64,000 bases of DNA, from positions 1,344,001 through 1,408,000 of the forward strand of contig CAXXVZ010000003.1 in assembly GCA_963678065.2 (NCBI GenBank). The letters are read 5' to 3'. How positions within the stretch are numbered: position 1 is the first letter of the stretch; each line of letters begins with the position of its first letter. Under the pieces are notes generated by a model. That model was given only the letters and a program-made list of their open reading frames with translations. It ran no database searches and was not told the origin of the DNA. Below are positions 17,339-27,457 of this stretch, piece after piece. Position numbers and translations under genes: made by a program. Source of the DNA: Treponemataceae bacterium. GTDB lineage: Bacteria; Spirochaetota; Spirochaetia; Treponematales; Rectinemataceae.

Positions 17339-18526
17339 TCATTCTATTCTGAGCGCCAAGCTCTTCTTCATGACGGATTCCGTCAGCTCCTGTCCGATCC
17401 CGGGAAGGTCAGGTATCTCGAAGAAGCCGTCATGGGGCTCGTACCTGTGTGTGCACATATCCAAATTCGATTCGTGCAAGGCATTGGCGTGGTGCTCGTG
17501 TATCAGGAAATTCGGGATCGCCGCTTCCATCTGCAGGGCCGCCGCCGTGGCCAGCGGACTTCCGCATACGTGGCATTGGATGTTCACGTCGTATATGCTC
17601 GCGTAATCGCATATCTTCTTGGTCTCGGTAAACCCTCCGGCCAACCCGATGTCGGGCTGCGCGACCGCCAATACTCCCTTCTCGAAGTACGGCCTGTATC
17701 CCCAACGGCTTTGAATCCGCTCGCCGCCGGCCAGAGGCGTCCTGATGCCTTGGGCCACCTTGGCCATGTCGTCGACATTGAGTGGATGGATGGGTTCTTC
17801 GCAGAACAGGCAGCTGTACTCTTCGAGCGCGTTCCCGAATTGAATGGCGGAACTGGTGCCGAGGAAGGAATGGAGCTCGATTATGATATCCACGTCGGGC
17901 CCCACCGCCGACCTGATCGCCTTCACCCTGCTGGAGAAGAGCCGGAGCTGGTCGTTCTTCAGCAGGCCGCCCAGGTTCGCTGTCGCCCATTCGCCGTCTG
18001 CGTTGAATCCGACCGGATCGACCTTGACGCAGTCGTAGCCTTCCGCGACGGCCTTGAGCGCGGCCTCCGCGTATTCTTCCGGCTTCACCAGGTTCCGGTT
18101 GACCTTGCCCCAGTCGTTCTGGATTTGGCTGGCGTAGGTTCTCACTCTATCCCGAGTCTTGCCCCCGAGCAGCTCGTACACGGGGACGCCTAAGGCCTTC
18201 CCCTTGATATCCCAGCACGCGGTATCTATGGCGCTCATGCCCCCGAATACAACGGTACCGCCGCCCATGCCCCAGAAGGTCTTTCGGAAGAGTTTCTCCC
18301 ATATCGCCTCGATCCGCATCGGATCGGCGCCGATGACGAAGCGGGAGAAATCCTTGACCATCCCGACGCCGGCCGAGCTGCCGGCTCCATAGGCGAGGCC
18401 TACCTCTCCGAACCCGCAGATGCCCTCATCGGTGTTGATCCTGATGACGACGGGCTTCCACTTCGAATCCTTGCGCGATCCGTTCCCGGATTCGATCTGG
18501 TAAACATCGATGCTCGATATTTTCAT
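17339..18526 (-). CDS. Mandelate racemase/muconate lactonizing enzyme family, probable acid-sugar dehydratase
   Basis: MKISSID start with AAGGAG RBS. SAIDTACWDIKGKALGVPVYELLGG, VKVDP, IELH, EEP, GER, QPD, PGIG. Confidence 0.9.
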   Translation of the reverse strand: MKISSIDVYQIESGNGSRKDSKWKPVVIRINTDEGICGFGEVGLAYGAGSSAGVGMVKDFSRFVIGADPMRIEAIWEKLFRKTFWGMGGGTVVFGGMSAIDTACWDIKGKALGVPVYELLGGKTRDRVRTYASQIQNDWGKVNRNLVKPEEYAEAALKAVAEGYDCVKVDPVGFNADGEWATANLGGLLKNDQLRLFSSRVKAIRSAVGPDVDIIIELHSFLGTSSAIQFGNALEEYSCLFCEEPIHPLNVDDMAKVAQGIRTPLAGGERIQSRWGYRPYFEKGVLAVAQPDIGLAGGFTETKKICDYASIYDVNIQCHVCGSPLATAAALQMEAAIPNFLIHEHHANALHESNLDMCTHRYEPHDGFFEIPDLPGIGQELTESVMKKSLALRIE

Positions 18527-18560
18527 TCCTGTGCTCCTTTTCGGCGCGTCGGGCCCCCGG

Positions 18561-19493
18561 TTACTTGACCAGGCCCCAGGCCTTGAGCTTTTGCGCGAAG
18601 GCGGAAACCTGCTCATCCGACAAGGGCAGGAGCGGTGGGCGGACGGGACCGCCCGCGAGACCGAGCATGTCCATCGCCTTCTTGGCGTAGGGCACCTGCC
18701 CGAAGGTCTGGTTGATCGCGCCGCTCCACCACCAGTCGTACAGCTGGAATTCCTCCTCGTGCACCTTTTGCGCCAGGTCGAAGTCCCGACTCTCAATGGC
18801 CTTCCACATCCGGAGGCTCAAGCCGGGATTGAAGCAGGACACGAAGGAGATGAAGCCTCTCATCTTGGCCAGGGCGGCGAAGGGCTCGTAGCATGACGAT
18901 CCCGCGAAAACGAGCAATTCCGAAGCGAGAGCCTCGGCATGGAAGAAGCGCTTTATGTTCTCCGAAGTCTCCTTGAGCGCGAAGACCTTGTCCAGTTTCG
19001 CCAGCTTTCGCACTAATCCCACCGACATATCGCTTCCGCCGCTCACCTGGGGGTTGTTGTAGAGCATGATCGGCAGCTCGGTCCGATCGTTGACGAATTT
19101 ATAGAAGCTGTACATCTGGTCGGCGTTGAATGGCAGGTAATAGGGCTGGACGATCATCACCGCGTCCGCGCCCACTTTCCTGGAATACTTCGCCAGCTCG
19201 ACTACGGCGAAGGCGTTCGTGTCGTTGCAGCCGGCGATGACGGGCACCCTGCCAGCGGCAGCCTCGACCGAGGCCGCGATGACCTGCTTCCTTTCCTCCA
19301 TATCCATCGCATAGCACTCGCCGGTGCTGCCGTTCGCGATCAGAAACCCGCATGACGAGTCGATGCCGCTCTCGACGAGATAATCGACGTTCTTCTTGAT
19401 CCCGGGGACATTCAGGCTCAGATCCTGGTTGAAAGGCGTCATCAACAGGGCGCCGACTCCCTTGAATTTACTCTCTTGATCCTTCGTGAACAT
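18561..19493 (-). CDS. DapA/NanA-family class I aldolase/dehydratase
   Basis: TPF, NGSTGE, IMLYNNP, ALKETS (Schiff-base Lys), VRPPL. Confidence 0.88.
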   Translation of the reverse strand: MFTKDQESKFKGVGALLMTPFNQDLSLNVPGIKKNVDYLVESGIDSSCGFLIANGSTGECYAMDMEERKQVIAASVEAAAGRVPVIAGCNDTNAFAVVELAKYSRKVGADAVMIVQPYYLPFNADQMYSFYKFVNDRTELPIMLYNNPQVSGGSDMSVGLVRKLAKLDKVFALKETSENIKRFFHAEALASELLVFAGSSCYEPFAALAKMRGFISFVSCFNPGLSLRMWKAIESRDFDLAQKVHEEEFQLYDWWWSGAINQTFGQVPYAKKAMDMLGLAGGPVRPPLLPLSDEQVSAFAQKLKAWGLVK

Positions 19494-19560
19494 GTGTCTC
19501 TTCCTTTGCACCATCTCACGTGGTGCTCTGTAGATAAAACTGGAAACAGAACCCGGAGGC

Positions 19561-20394
19561 TCAGCCCTTGACCGCACCGGCTCCCCAGCCCTTGATCAGC
19601 GCCTTCTGGGTGAAGAGGAAGATCACCAAGGCGGGAATGCTCACCAGGACACTTCCCGTCAGGATGAACTCCCACAGCGTATCGAACTGCCCCACAAAGC
19701 CGTTCAACCCGATCGTGTACGTCATCTTCGCGTCGGTGCTTATCATGACCAGGGCGATGATGTACTCGTTCCAGGCGACAGTGAACGAGTAGACACTGAT
19801 CGCGACGATGCCGGGAATGATCATCGGCAGGACGACGGTGAATAGAGTCCTCACCCGTCCCGCTCCGTCGATTGCCGCCGCCTCCTCCACCTCGAGCGGT
19901 ACGGAAGACACGAAGGAGCGCAGCGTCCACAGGCAGTACGGAAGGCAGAGCGCGACATAGGCGATTATCAGACCGAGGAGCGAATCTATCAGATGTATTC
20001 GCTGGAACCACAAGTACAACGGGATAATCAGAAGAACGCTCGGCAGGAGATAGGCGTACAGGGAAAACGCAGCCAGGAAATTCCGGCCGCGATACGTGAA
20101 CCGGGCCAGACTGTACGCGCCCATGACGGAGAGGAGAATGGTCGACAGCACGGTGACCAGCGTCGTGATCACGCTGTTTACAAGGAAATGCGAAAACTGC
20201 GTTTGCGAAAACAGATTTCTATAGTTTTCCAGCGTCCATCTCTTGGGGAAGAAGGTCGGCGGAATGCTGAAGAACTCCCCCTTCGGCCTGATCGAGCACA
20301 GGAATACCCAGAGGATCGGGCCGATGGCGAAGAGCACGAACAGGATGATGCATACATAGAAGAGGAAACGGAGGACCAGTCGCTTCGTTGTCAT
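19561..20394 (-). CDS. Carbohydrate ABC transporter permease (MalG-like)
   Basis: EEAAAIDGA EAA loop, AWNEY, TM helices. Confidence 0.93.
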   Translation of the reverse strand: MTTKRLVLRFLFYVCIILFVLFAIGPILWVFLCSIRPKGEFFSIPPTFFPKRWTLENYRNLFSQTQFSHFLVNSVITTLVTVLSTILLSVMGAYSLARFTYRGRNFLAAFSLYAYLLPSVLLIIPLYLWFQRIHLIDSLLGLIIAYVALCLPYCLWTLRSFVSSVPLEVEEAAAIDGAGRVRTLFTVVLPMIIPGIVAISVYSFTVAWNEYIIALVMISTDAKMTYTIGLNGFVGQFDTLWEFILTGSVLVSIPALVIFLFTQKALIKGWGAGAVKG

Positions 20395-21287
20395 TCCATA
20401 CCCACCGATCGCCTGGATTTCATGAGGCGCATATAAACGACGATCAGGATCGTCACCAACACTGCAACTATCAGAGAGATCGCTGCTCCCCTACCCAATT
20501 CCATGCCGGTAAACGCGTATTTGTAGGCATACAGGGGCAAGGTCGTCGTGCTTACCCCCGGCCCGCCTCCCGTCAGCATGAATATCTCGTCGAATTTTTT
20601 GAACATGAAGATCAAGCGCAGGAGTACGATGACACTTACGATCTCCCGTATGGCAGGCATCGTGATATAACGGAACTGTTCGAAGAAATTCGCTCCGTCC
20701 ATCTGCGCCGATTCGTAGAGCTCCTTGGGGACTGTCTGCAGCCCGGCCAGGACGTTGATGACGACGAAGGCGTAGTACTTCCATATTCCGATGAACAGGA
20801 CCACCATCAGGGCCCTGCTGAACGATCCGAGCCAGCTTACAGGATTGTCGATGAGGTGCATCCCCTGCAAAACCGCGTTGATGATGCCGTAGTTCTCGTT
20901 CAGCAGCCAGCGCCATGTGAGGCTCACCGATATCATCGGCATGAAGAAGGGCAGCAGTATCAGGGCACGGGCCAATCCCCTGCCCTTGAACTCCTCGTTG
21001 AGGAAAAGGGCGATTATGATCCCCAGCAGCATCTGTCCGCCGACTGTAACGACGACCCAAATCGCGCTCAGCCAGGCGGCATGCCAGAAGTTGGGGTCCT
21101 TGAAGGTCTCGATGTAGTTCTTGAGCCCGATGAAATGCCCGTCCAACTCGTAGATGAGCTGCGAGTGGAGACTCAGCTTCATCGCGAAATAGAAAGGATA
21201 GATGATGAGGGCGCACAGGGCCAATAAAGACGGCAACAACAACAACACGCCCAGCAGGTTCTCTTTTTTCTTGTAATGCATGCGCAC
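20391..21287 (-). CDS. Carbohydrate ABC transporter permease (MalF-like)
   Basis: FIGLKNY, LYESAQMDGA, LTGGGPG. Start is 21287 (GTG) or 21281. Confidence 0.93.
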   Translation of the reverse strand: MRMHYKKKENLLGVLLLLPSLLALCALIIYPFYFAMKLSLHSQLIYELDGHFIGLKNYIETFKDPNFWHAAWLSAIWVVVTVGGQMLLGIIIALFLNEEFKGRGLARALILLPFFMPMISVSLTWRWLLNENYGIINAVLQGMHLIDNPVSWLGSFSRALMVVLFIGIWKYYAFVVINVLAGLQTVPKELYESAQMDGANFFEQFRYITMPAIREIVSVIVLLRLIFMFKKFDEIFMLTGGGPGVSTTTLPLYAYKYAFTGMELGRGAAISLIVAVLVTILIVVYMRLMKSRRSVGME

Positions 21288-21309
21288 CCCCTCTTCTGAT
21301 ACCGCCTGA

Positions 21310-21348
21310 GGATATCGATCGTCTTTGAATCACGACCGATCGATATCC
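21310..21348 (-). terminator. Stem-loop downstream of the SBP gene (mRNA stabiliser/partial terminator)
   Basis: GGATATCGATCG...CGATCGATATCC perfect 12-bp inverted repeat. Confidence 0.55.
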
Positions 21349-21369
21349 CCAATGCGGTTGCGACAGGAT

Positions 21370-22680
21370 TTACTTGAGCCCGAAAGAATCGCGCCAGGTT
21401 TTCGCGATGGTCCTGAGCGCCTGCTCAGGGGTCACCTGCCCGGTGATAGCCTTGGAGAGCTCGTCGGAATAGACGGGGGCGGCGATGGCGCGGCCGAAAT
21501 AGGGATTGACGACGCCGCCGTTCCTGAACTGGAAGTCGGTTCCGTACTTGTAGGCGTAGTCCATGGACTTTTTCACGATGTCGCCCCAACGAGCGATATC
21601 AGGATATTCGAAATAGGCCTTGTTGGTGAGCCACCCCTGACGGACGGGCAGGCTGTGCCCGGGGACGGCGGCGGTGAGGAATTTGAAGTACTGCTCGTCG
21701 CTCATGTAGAACTCGATGAACTTCTTGGCGATGTCTGAGTTCTTCGAGGTCTTGAACACGACGAAGTCGTTGATGGTAGCCTTGACGAGTGGGGTCTTCA
21801 CGCTGGCGGCGACGGGACCGGGGGCGATATCCACCTTGGATCTCAGGTCGGGGTTGTAGCGATCTATCGTCGACATGAGTCTGCCGGGGTAACGGGTCAT
21901 CGCGACGATTCCTTTCGAGAACATGATGCCCACGTCGCTCATCCCGACATTCGCCACGCCGGGCGGGCAGTATTTCGTCTGCTCGCACAGGTACTGCAGC
22001 GCCTGGATCGCCTGGGGTGAATCAATCGTCACGTTGTTGTTCTTGTCGAAAGCTTCCGCGCCGAAAGCCCACAGCGAATTGAGGAACTCACCGGTGACGT
22101 TCGACGGGGAGAGGGCGATCCCGAGACCCCACTGGTTTATCTTGCCGTCGCCGTCGGTATCCACGGTCAGGGCTTTCGCCGCAGCCAGATACTCTTCGTT
22201 CGTCTTCGGCACCGCGATGCCGGCCTTTTCGAGGAGATCCTTGCGGTAGTAAAGGATCTTCGATTCCGTGGCCGCCGGAATATCGTAGATCTTGCCATCC
22301 TTGGTGGGCGTGAGGAAGTTGCGCGGAATGTCGCCGAGATGCTGGTACACGTCATCGAGCTGGACCAGGAATCCCTGATCGACGAGCCCGGCGACGTAGC
22401 GAGGGGAGAGGAAGGCCACGTCGGGAGCCGTGCCGGCCCGAAGCATCGCGGAGAGCTTGGGCAGGACCTCCTCCAGATCGGCGTGGCTCAGGACAACCTC
22501 GACCCCGGGGTTCGCCTTCTGGAACGCGGCTATGATCGAGTTGTCGGTCGCGACCGAGGACGGATCGGTTTCAGGGGTCAGGTAGGTGATCTTCTGGGGC
22601 CCGGCGGCCCAGAGCGAGACTGATAAGAGACAGGTCAATGCGATTACGGAAAAACCTCTCCTAGACATAGATACCTCCAT
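21370..22680 (-). CDS. Carbohydrate ABC transporter substrate-binding protein (family 1)
   Basis: Signal peptide, FQKANPGVEV, AGTAPDV, LYYRKDLLEKAG, DTDGDG. Confidence 0.9.
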   Translation of the reverse strand: MEVSMSRRGFSVIALTCLLSVSLWAAGPQKITYLTPETDPSSVATDNSIIAAFQKANPGVEVVLSHADLEEVLPKLSAMLRAGTAPDVAFLSPRYVAGLVDQGFLVQLDDVYQHLGDIPRNFLTPTKDGKIYDIPAATESKILYYRKDLLEKAGIAVPKTNEEYLAAAKALTVDTDGDGKINQWGLGIALSPSNVTGEFLNSLWAFGAEAFDKNNNVTIDSPQAIQALQYLCEQTKYCPPGVANVGMSDVGIMFSKGIVAMTRYPGRLMSTIDRYNPDLRSKVDIAPGPVAASVKTPLVKATINDFVVFKTSKNSDIAKKFIEFYMSDEQYFKFLTAAVPGHSLPVRQGWLTNKAYFEYPDIARWGDIVKKSMDYAYKYGTDFQFRNGGVVNPYFGRAIAAPVYSDELSKAITGQVTPEQALRTIAKTWRDSFGLK

Positions 22681-22746
22681 GTTGATTTCCTTCGCAGGAT
22701 ATGACGATTGCGACTATGGACTCAAGTTCGGATACTGTCTGCGCGG

Positions 22747-23796
22747 CTATTCCCCACCTCCTTTTCTCGTCCTTTTCCTTGCCAGCAAAGCGCCGTATTC
22801 GATGGCCTCGATCATGCTTTGCGGGTTGGCGGTGCCTTTCCCGGCCTTCCCGAAGGCCGTGCCATGATCGACCGAACTGCGGATGATGGACAGGCCGAGC
22901 GTGATATTGACCCCGCTGATGGAGTCCCACTTCCCCGTGCCGTGGTCGTACTTGAAGCCGACAAGCTTCAAGGGGATGTGGCCCTGGTCGTGGTACATGA
23001 CGACGACGACGTCGTACTGCCCTGCCATCGCCTTGGAAAAAACCGTGTCGGGCGGCAGGGGCCCCTCCGCGTCGATTCCGGCCGCGACAGCTTCGGCTAT
23101 GGCGGGGACGATTTCCTTCGCCTCCTCGTCGCCGAACATCCCGTTCTCACCGGCATGGGGATTCAGGCCGGCGACGACGATCCTGGGCCTGGCGATGCCC
23201 AGGTTGATCAAGGCTTCGTTCGCGAGCCGGATGACGCACGATACCCGCTCGCGCTTGACGAGGTCGCAGGCTTTCCGCAGCGACACGTGCGTCGAGACGT
23301 GCACGACGCGGAGCGGCTCGTGTATCAGCATCATGGCGTAGTTCTTCGACCCCGCCCTCTCAGCGAATATCTCCGTGTGGCCGCTGTAGTGGTAGCCGGC
23401 TTGGTTGAGCGAATCCTTGTTGATGGGCGAAGTGATGACCGCGTCGACCTGCCCGGCCAGGGCGAAGTCGATCGATCGGGCGATCGATTCGAAGGCCGCC
23501 TTCCCGGACGAGGCCAGGACCTTCCCGAAGACGAGCTTATCGATGTCCACGTTGTCGAGATCCAGGTACTCGATCATCCCGTATTCCCCGACGGCGGCGG
23601 AAGGATCGGCGATTTTCTTGAGCTTCAGCGGCGATTTCACCATGGCGATCGCCTGCTCCATGACCTTCCGGTCTGCGACGACTACGGGAAGGCACAGGTC
23701 GTAGAGCTTCCTCTCGGCGAGAGCCTTGACTAGTATCTCCGGCCCGATGCCGGAGGGGTCGCCCATAGTGATGGCCAATTTCGGCAGGTTGTTCAT
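22747..23796 (-). CDS. pdxA: PdxA-family dehydrogenase (PdxA2-type, tetronate-4-phosphate dehydrogenase)
   Basis: ITMGDPSGIGPE, GHTE, STHVSL, GLNPHAGE, MYHDQGHIPLK, RSSVDHGTAF. In an operon with a DUF1537 kinase. Confidence 0.92.
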   Translation of the reverse strand: MNNLPKLAITMGDPSGIGPEILVKALAERKLYDLCLPVVVADRKVMEQAIAMVKSPLKLKKIADPSAAVGEYGMIEYLDLDNVDIDKLVFGKVLASSGKAAFESIARSIDFALAGQVDAVITSPINKDSLNQAGYHYSGHTEIFAERAGSKNYAMMLIHEPLRVVHVSTHVSLRKACDLVKRERVSCVIRLANEALINLGIARPRIVVAGLNPHAGENGMFGDEEAKEIVPAIAEAVAAGIDAEGPLPPDTVFSKAMAGQYDVVVVMYHDQGHIPLKLVGFKYDHGTGKWDSISGVNITLGLSIIRSSVDHGTAFGKAGKGTANPQSMIEAIEYGALLARKRTRKGGGE

Positions 23797-23810
23797 GGAT
23801 TCTTCCCCTT

Positions 23811-24965
23811 TCATTGTATCTGCTCGTAGATCCGTCGGATGTCGTCCCGCGTCATGAGCTTCGGGTTGTTGTTCATCAGCCTCGCGTTGCCGATGGCGCC
23901 TTCGATCAAGGCACCGATATCTCGATGCGCGATGCCGAACTCCGCCAGACGCTTGGGAATACGCAGGGCGGCGACCAGCGAGTACAGCCGTTCGACGATG
24001 GCATCCGCCGCGAGGTCGGGTCGTGTCGCTTCGGGCAGGCCGAACGAGGAGCCGGCCCGGCACAGCTTGTCGGTGACCGCATCCTTGTTGAAGTCGATCA
24101 CGGGCGCCAGAAGCATCGCGTTGGCGATCCCGTGCGGTATATGGAAGGAGGCGCCGAGGGGATACGAGAGCGCGTGGACCGCAGTCGTGCCCGACAGGCT
24201 GATGCACATCCCGCCGTAAAAGGCAGCGAGGAGCATGTCCGTCCTGGCCGCGATGTCGGTTCCGTCCGCGAAGGCCTTCTCGATGCTCCTGTTTATCCTG
24301 GCCATCGCGTCGAGCGCGAGAACGTCGCTCAAAGGAGTCGCCTTGAGCGACAGATAGCACTCGAGCGCGTGCGCGAGCGCGTCGACGCCTGTCGCAGCCG
24401 TCACGCCGGGAGGCATGGACAGGGTAAGCTCGGGATCCAGGATCACGGAATCGGGCAGGAACTGACTGCTTATGACCGCATTCTTGAGCTTCCTGCCCGC
24501 TGTCGCGAGGATGACGTTCTTCGTGGCCTCGGAACCAGTTCCGGCGGTGGTCGGAATCAGGCAGGTCGGCGTCGTCCTCGAATACATCCTATCCGAATCG
24601 GTGAGGCCGTCGAGAAACCTGCCGGTATGGTACTCACTGCCGAGGAGCTTGGCGATGTCGAGGACCGAGCCGCCGCCTACTCCGATGATCGCGCCGCAGG
24701 CATGGGTTCTGCACTCTCCGATCACGTCGTTCGCATTCGCGATATCTGGCTCGCGCTCTATTGAATCCACGATGTGCAGCGCCCAGCCGGCCTTCGCCAA
24801 ATAGCCCGCGACTGTATCGACAATCCCGCTCGAACGGATGCCTCTGTCCGTGAGGATGATTCCTTCCTTCTTTTCTATCCCCGCCAGGATTTCGCTTATC
24901 CTCGAAACAGCCCCGGCGCCGGCCAGCACCTTCCCGGGAGCTTCAAGAAAGAACTCTTGCTTCAT
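23811..24965 (-). CDS. Iron-containing alcohol dehydrogenase family
   Basis: GVGGGSVLDIAK, PTTAGTGSE, TGVDALAHALE, VHALSYPLG, HIPHGIANA. Confidence 0.92.
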   Translation of the reverse strand: MKQEFFLEAPGKVLAGAGAVSRISEILAGIEKKEGIILTDRGIRSSGIVDTVAGYLAKAGWALHIVDSIEREPDIANANDVIGECRTHACGAIIGVGGGSVLDIAKLLGSEYHTGRFLDGLTDSDRMYSRTTPTCLIPTTAGTGSEATKNVILATAGRKLKNAVISSQFLPDSVILDPELTLSMPPGVTAATGVDALAHALECYLSLKATPLSDVLALDAMARINRSIEKAFADGTDIAARTDMLLAAFYGGMCISLSGTTAVHALSYPLGASFHIPHGIANAMLLAPVIDFNKDAVTDKLCRAGSSFGLPEATRPDLAADAIVERLYSLVAALRIPKRLAEFGIAHRDIGALIEGAIGNARLMNNNPKLMTRDDIRRIYEQIQ

Positions 24966-26265
24966 GAGAATCTCCTTCCGCGCCATCTTCGCGGTTTTTC
25001 ATCGAATCGAGGATTCTGCGCAGGATATCCTTGTCGCCGAAGCCGCCGGCCTTGGTCATCATATAGAGCGGATGCGCGAAATCAGGTGAGTTCATTTTGC
25101 ACAAGGGAATGTAGGGAAGGATTTCGGCCTTCAGCTCGATGGACTCCGTATTGAGCTTCTTGACGATGTTGAATGCCGTGTCTCCCCCGGTCACGAACAT
25201 GGTATCCACATGAAACTCGGTGAGGATTCTTCGTGTAATATCGCCGAGGCACTCCGCGATGATCGCGCCAAGGTCACTCACCGCGGATTGGCCACCCTGT
25301 CTACACCCTTTCCCTTTCTCCCCCGTTCCGGTTCCCGGGACGACCCGCAGCACGATGTGCCTGCTCCGATCGACCATCCGGACTTCAGCGATAGTCTCGC
25401 GTATCGCCTCTTCCATGTTCGAAAGCACCGTATCGGCGCAGAGATCCACCGCCTTCGCACGGTCCGAGTCCGTCAACATGAAATCAACCTGCTCGTGCGA
25501 GATCCTCTTGAGGCTGCCGACAACGAAAAGCATCCTTTGCGGGAAGAGCGCAGGTTTTCTCGTATCCGGCCTACCGCCCGAAAGGGCCTTCGCCAACCCC
25601 GACGAACCGACGAAAAGCGCTCGCCTGCCCGAGTCCTTGATGACACCCGCGACCTTTTCTATATCTGTCTGCGCCAGGGTATCGAATACGAGGATGCGGC
25701 TCCCCTTCGAAATTTCTTGATCGATATCCCGTATCAATGTCCCTTCCGGGCCCTGGATGCTCCGGTACGATATCAGCCCTACCTTCCGTCCGGCTTGGCG
25801 CGAGATAATCCCCGGGACGAATGAGATGTCGACGGGGGAGAAGGGATCGCATCCGAATTCCGATTTATGGAGCTCAGTATCATGGATATAGCAAATACCG
25901 TCCTTCACAGTCCGCCCGTTCTCGGGGGCGGCGGAAATCACGAAGGCGTGGCTATAGCCCGAGGCATCCATCAGCGCATCGATCTCCGAGCCGATATTTC
26001 CTCGCAGCGTCGAGTCTATTTTCTTGAAGACGATATCGTTGTTCCTCTCCCCCAGGAGCCTGACGGTACTCTTGATCCGATCGTAAGCGTCTTGCGCGCC
26101 CAGATGGCGCGACTCGGTGTCGACTATCAACACCGGCGCGGATAAGTGTGTCTTTTTGAAGGCGGTCAGCGGATGGATGACGACGACCGGATCACCGTGC
26201 CCACTGATGAATTGCATGCCCGTGTCGTTTGCGCCGGTGAAGTCGTCTGCAATAATAGTGATCAT
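24943..26265 (-). CDS. Four-carbon acid sugar kinase (DUF1537, DtnK/DenK-like)
   Basis: IIADDFTGAND, DTESRH, KKIDSTLRGN, TGGDTA, TKAGGFG. Confidence 0.92.
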   Translation of the reverse strand: MITIIADDFTGANDTGMQFISGHGDPVVVIHPLTAFKKTHLSAPVLIVDTESRHLGAQDAYDRIKSTVRLLGERNNDIVFKKIDSTLRGNIGSEIDALMDASGYSHAFVISAAPENGRTVKDGICYIHDTELHKSEFGCDPFSPVDISFVPGIISRQAGRKVGLISYRSIQGPEGTLIRDIDQEISKGSRILVFDTLAQTDIEKVAGVIKDSGRRALFVGSSGLAKALSGGRPDTRKPALFPQRMLFVVGSLKRISHEQVDFMLTDSDRAKAVDLCADTVLSNMEEAIRETIAEVRMVDRSRHIVLRVVPGTGTGEKGKGCRQGGQSAVSDLGAIIAECLGDITRRILTEFHVDTMFVTGGDTAFNIVKKLNTESIELKAEILPYIPLCKMNSPDFAHPLYMMTKAGGFGDKDILRRILDSMKNREDGAEGDSHEARVLS

Positions 26266-26283
26266 GTGGAAATCTGATAGCCG

Positions 26284-27234
26284 TTACTCGACACAGAGGC
26301 CGGTCTTGATCATCAGCTCCCTGAGCCTGCTCCGCTGCTCGGCGCCCGGACGCTGCAGAGGAAGCCGCTCATGGGAGCCCATGGGCCTTCCGGCGATTCT
26401 CGCCATCTCTTTCCCGAAGGCTGTGGCCCTGTACATGTCTCCCGTGAAGACGTAGTTGTACAGATCGAGGTACCTGCTCCACAGATCCTGACAATTCTGG
26501 AAATCGCCACTCCTATCGACCGCGTCTATCTCCAGCGCGGCCTTCGGATCGAAGTTGGCGGTGAAGTGATTGTGCCCTTTTATACCCATTTGATAATCGA
26601 AGGGCATGAGGCTCCGGTAGGTATTCGCATTCAGCGCGAAGCGCTCGCCATACGCGGCGGCAACCTGGCGCAGCTTGCCCACGTTCGGGGTGGTCTCCTT
26701 GAGCGCGACGATGTGGTCTATGGACGCGAGCCTCTCGATGCATTCCAGCGACATATCCTTGCCCGTGACCGTTGGATTGTTGTAGATCATGATGCCGATC
26801 TCAGTCGCGTCGGCGATGGCCTTGAAATGCTGGTATACGACTTCATCGGAGGGGTTGGGATAATAGTATGGAGCGAGTACCATGATCGCATCGGCTCCGG
26901 CCTTTTCAGCGCAACGGGCGAGATTGATCACCTGCGAGGCTCCCTCCCGCAGACAGCCGACGACGATCGGGACAGCGCCTGCCGCCTCGTCGACGACTAT
27001 CCTGATGAGCTTCTCATACTCGGCATCCGATAGGGAGAACCCCTCACCGTTGGAACCGCCTATGGTCTGAACAGCCTTTCCGTTGACCAGGCCTCCCTCG
27101 ATCATGAAGCGCGTATTGTCCCGAAGAGCCCGCTCATCCAACTCCGTATCCGATTCGAATGGGGTAAACTGAATATTGACGACTCCAGTCAAAAACGACT
27201 TCACCTCTCTGCGGGACCGGCCAACTCGAGCCAT
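26284..27234 (-). CDS. DapA/NanA-family class I aldolase/dehydratase
   Basis: FTPF, GGSNGEG, APYY, MIYNNP, ALKETT, RLPL. AAGGAG RBS. Confidence 0.88.
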   Translation of the reverse strand: MARVGRSRREVKSFLTGVVNIQFTPFESDTELDERALRDNTRFMIEGGLVNGKAVQTIGGSNGEGFSLSDAEYEKLIRIVVDEAAGAVPIVVGCLREGASQVINLARCAEKAGADAIMVLAPYYYPNPSDEVVYQHFKAIADATEIGIMIYNNPTVTGKDMSLECIERLASIDHIVALKETTPNVGKLRQVAAAYGERFALNANTYRSLMPFDYQMGIKGHNHFTANFDPKAALEIDAVDRSGDFQNCQDLWSRYLDLYNYVFTGDMYRATAFGKEMARIAGRPMGSHERLPLQRPGAEQRSRLRELMIKTGLCVE

Positions 27235-27275
27235 GTGTGGATCTCCTTTTCATCAGAACTTTGCATTATTGCTTA

Positions 27276-27291
27276 TGCATAATTCGTGCCA
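27276..27291 (-). promoter_or_regulatory. Sigma54 (-24/-12) promoter driving the leftward sugar-acid operon
   Basis: Minus strand TGGCACGAATTATGCA (GG-N10-GC), about 40 nt upstream of the 27234 start and adjacent to a GAFTGA activator gene. Confidence 0.8.
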
Positions 27292-27457
27292 AAGAAGATC
27301 TAAAAACGTATGTCGTTGTATCAATATAAATTAGTCGCTGTGCACTAGATTCTTTTCGCTTCCGATATCATCGAAGCTGGCATATTATGATCCACGCATG
27401 CTCCATTATTAACCAGTCGCACTTGACAACTACTCTGCTTTCGGTTCTTCTTGCCGC

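Noticed and set aside
27376..27395. Second sigma54 promoter (CTGGCAT...) on the plus strand
   Set aside because: No GC dinucleotide at the -12 position (GG-N10-GC not satisfied).
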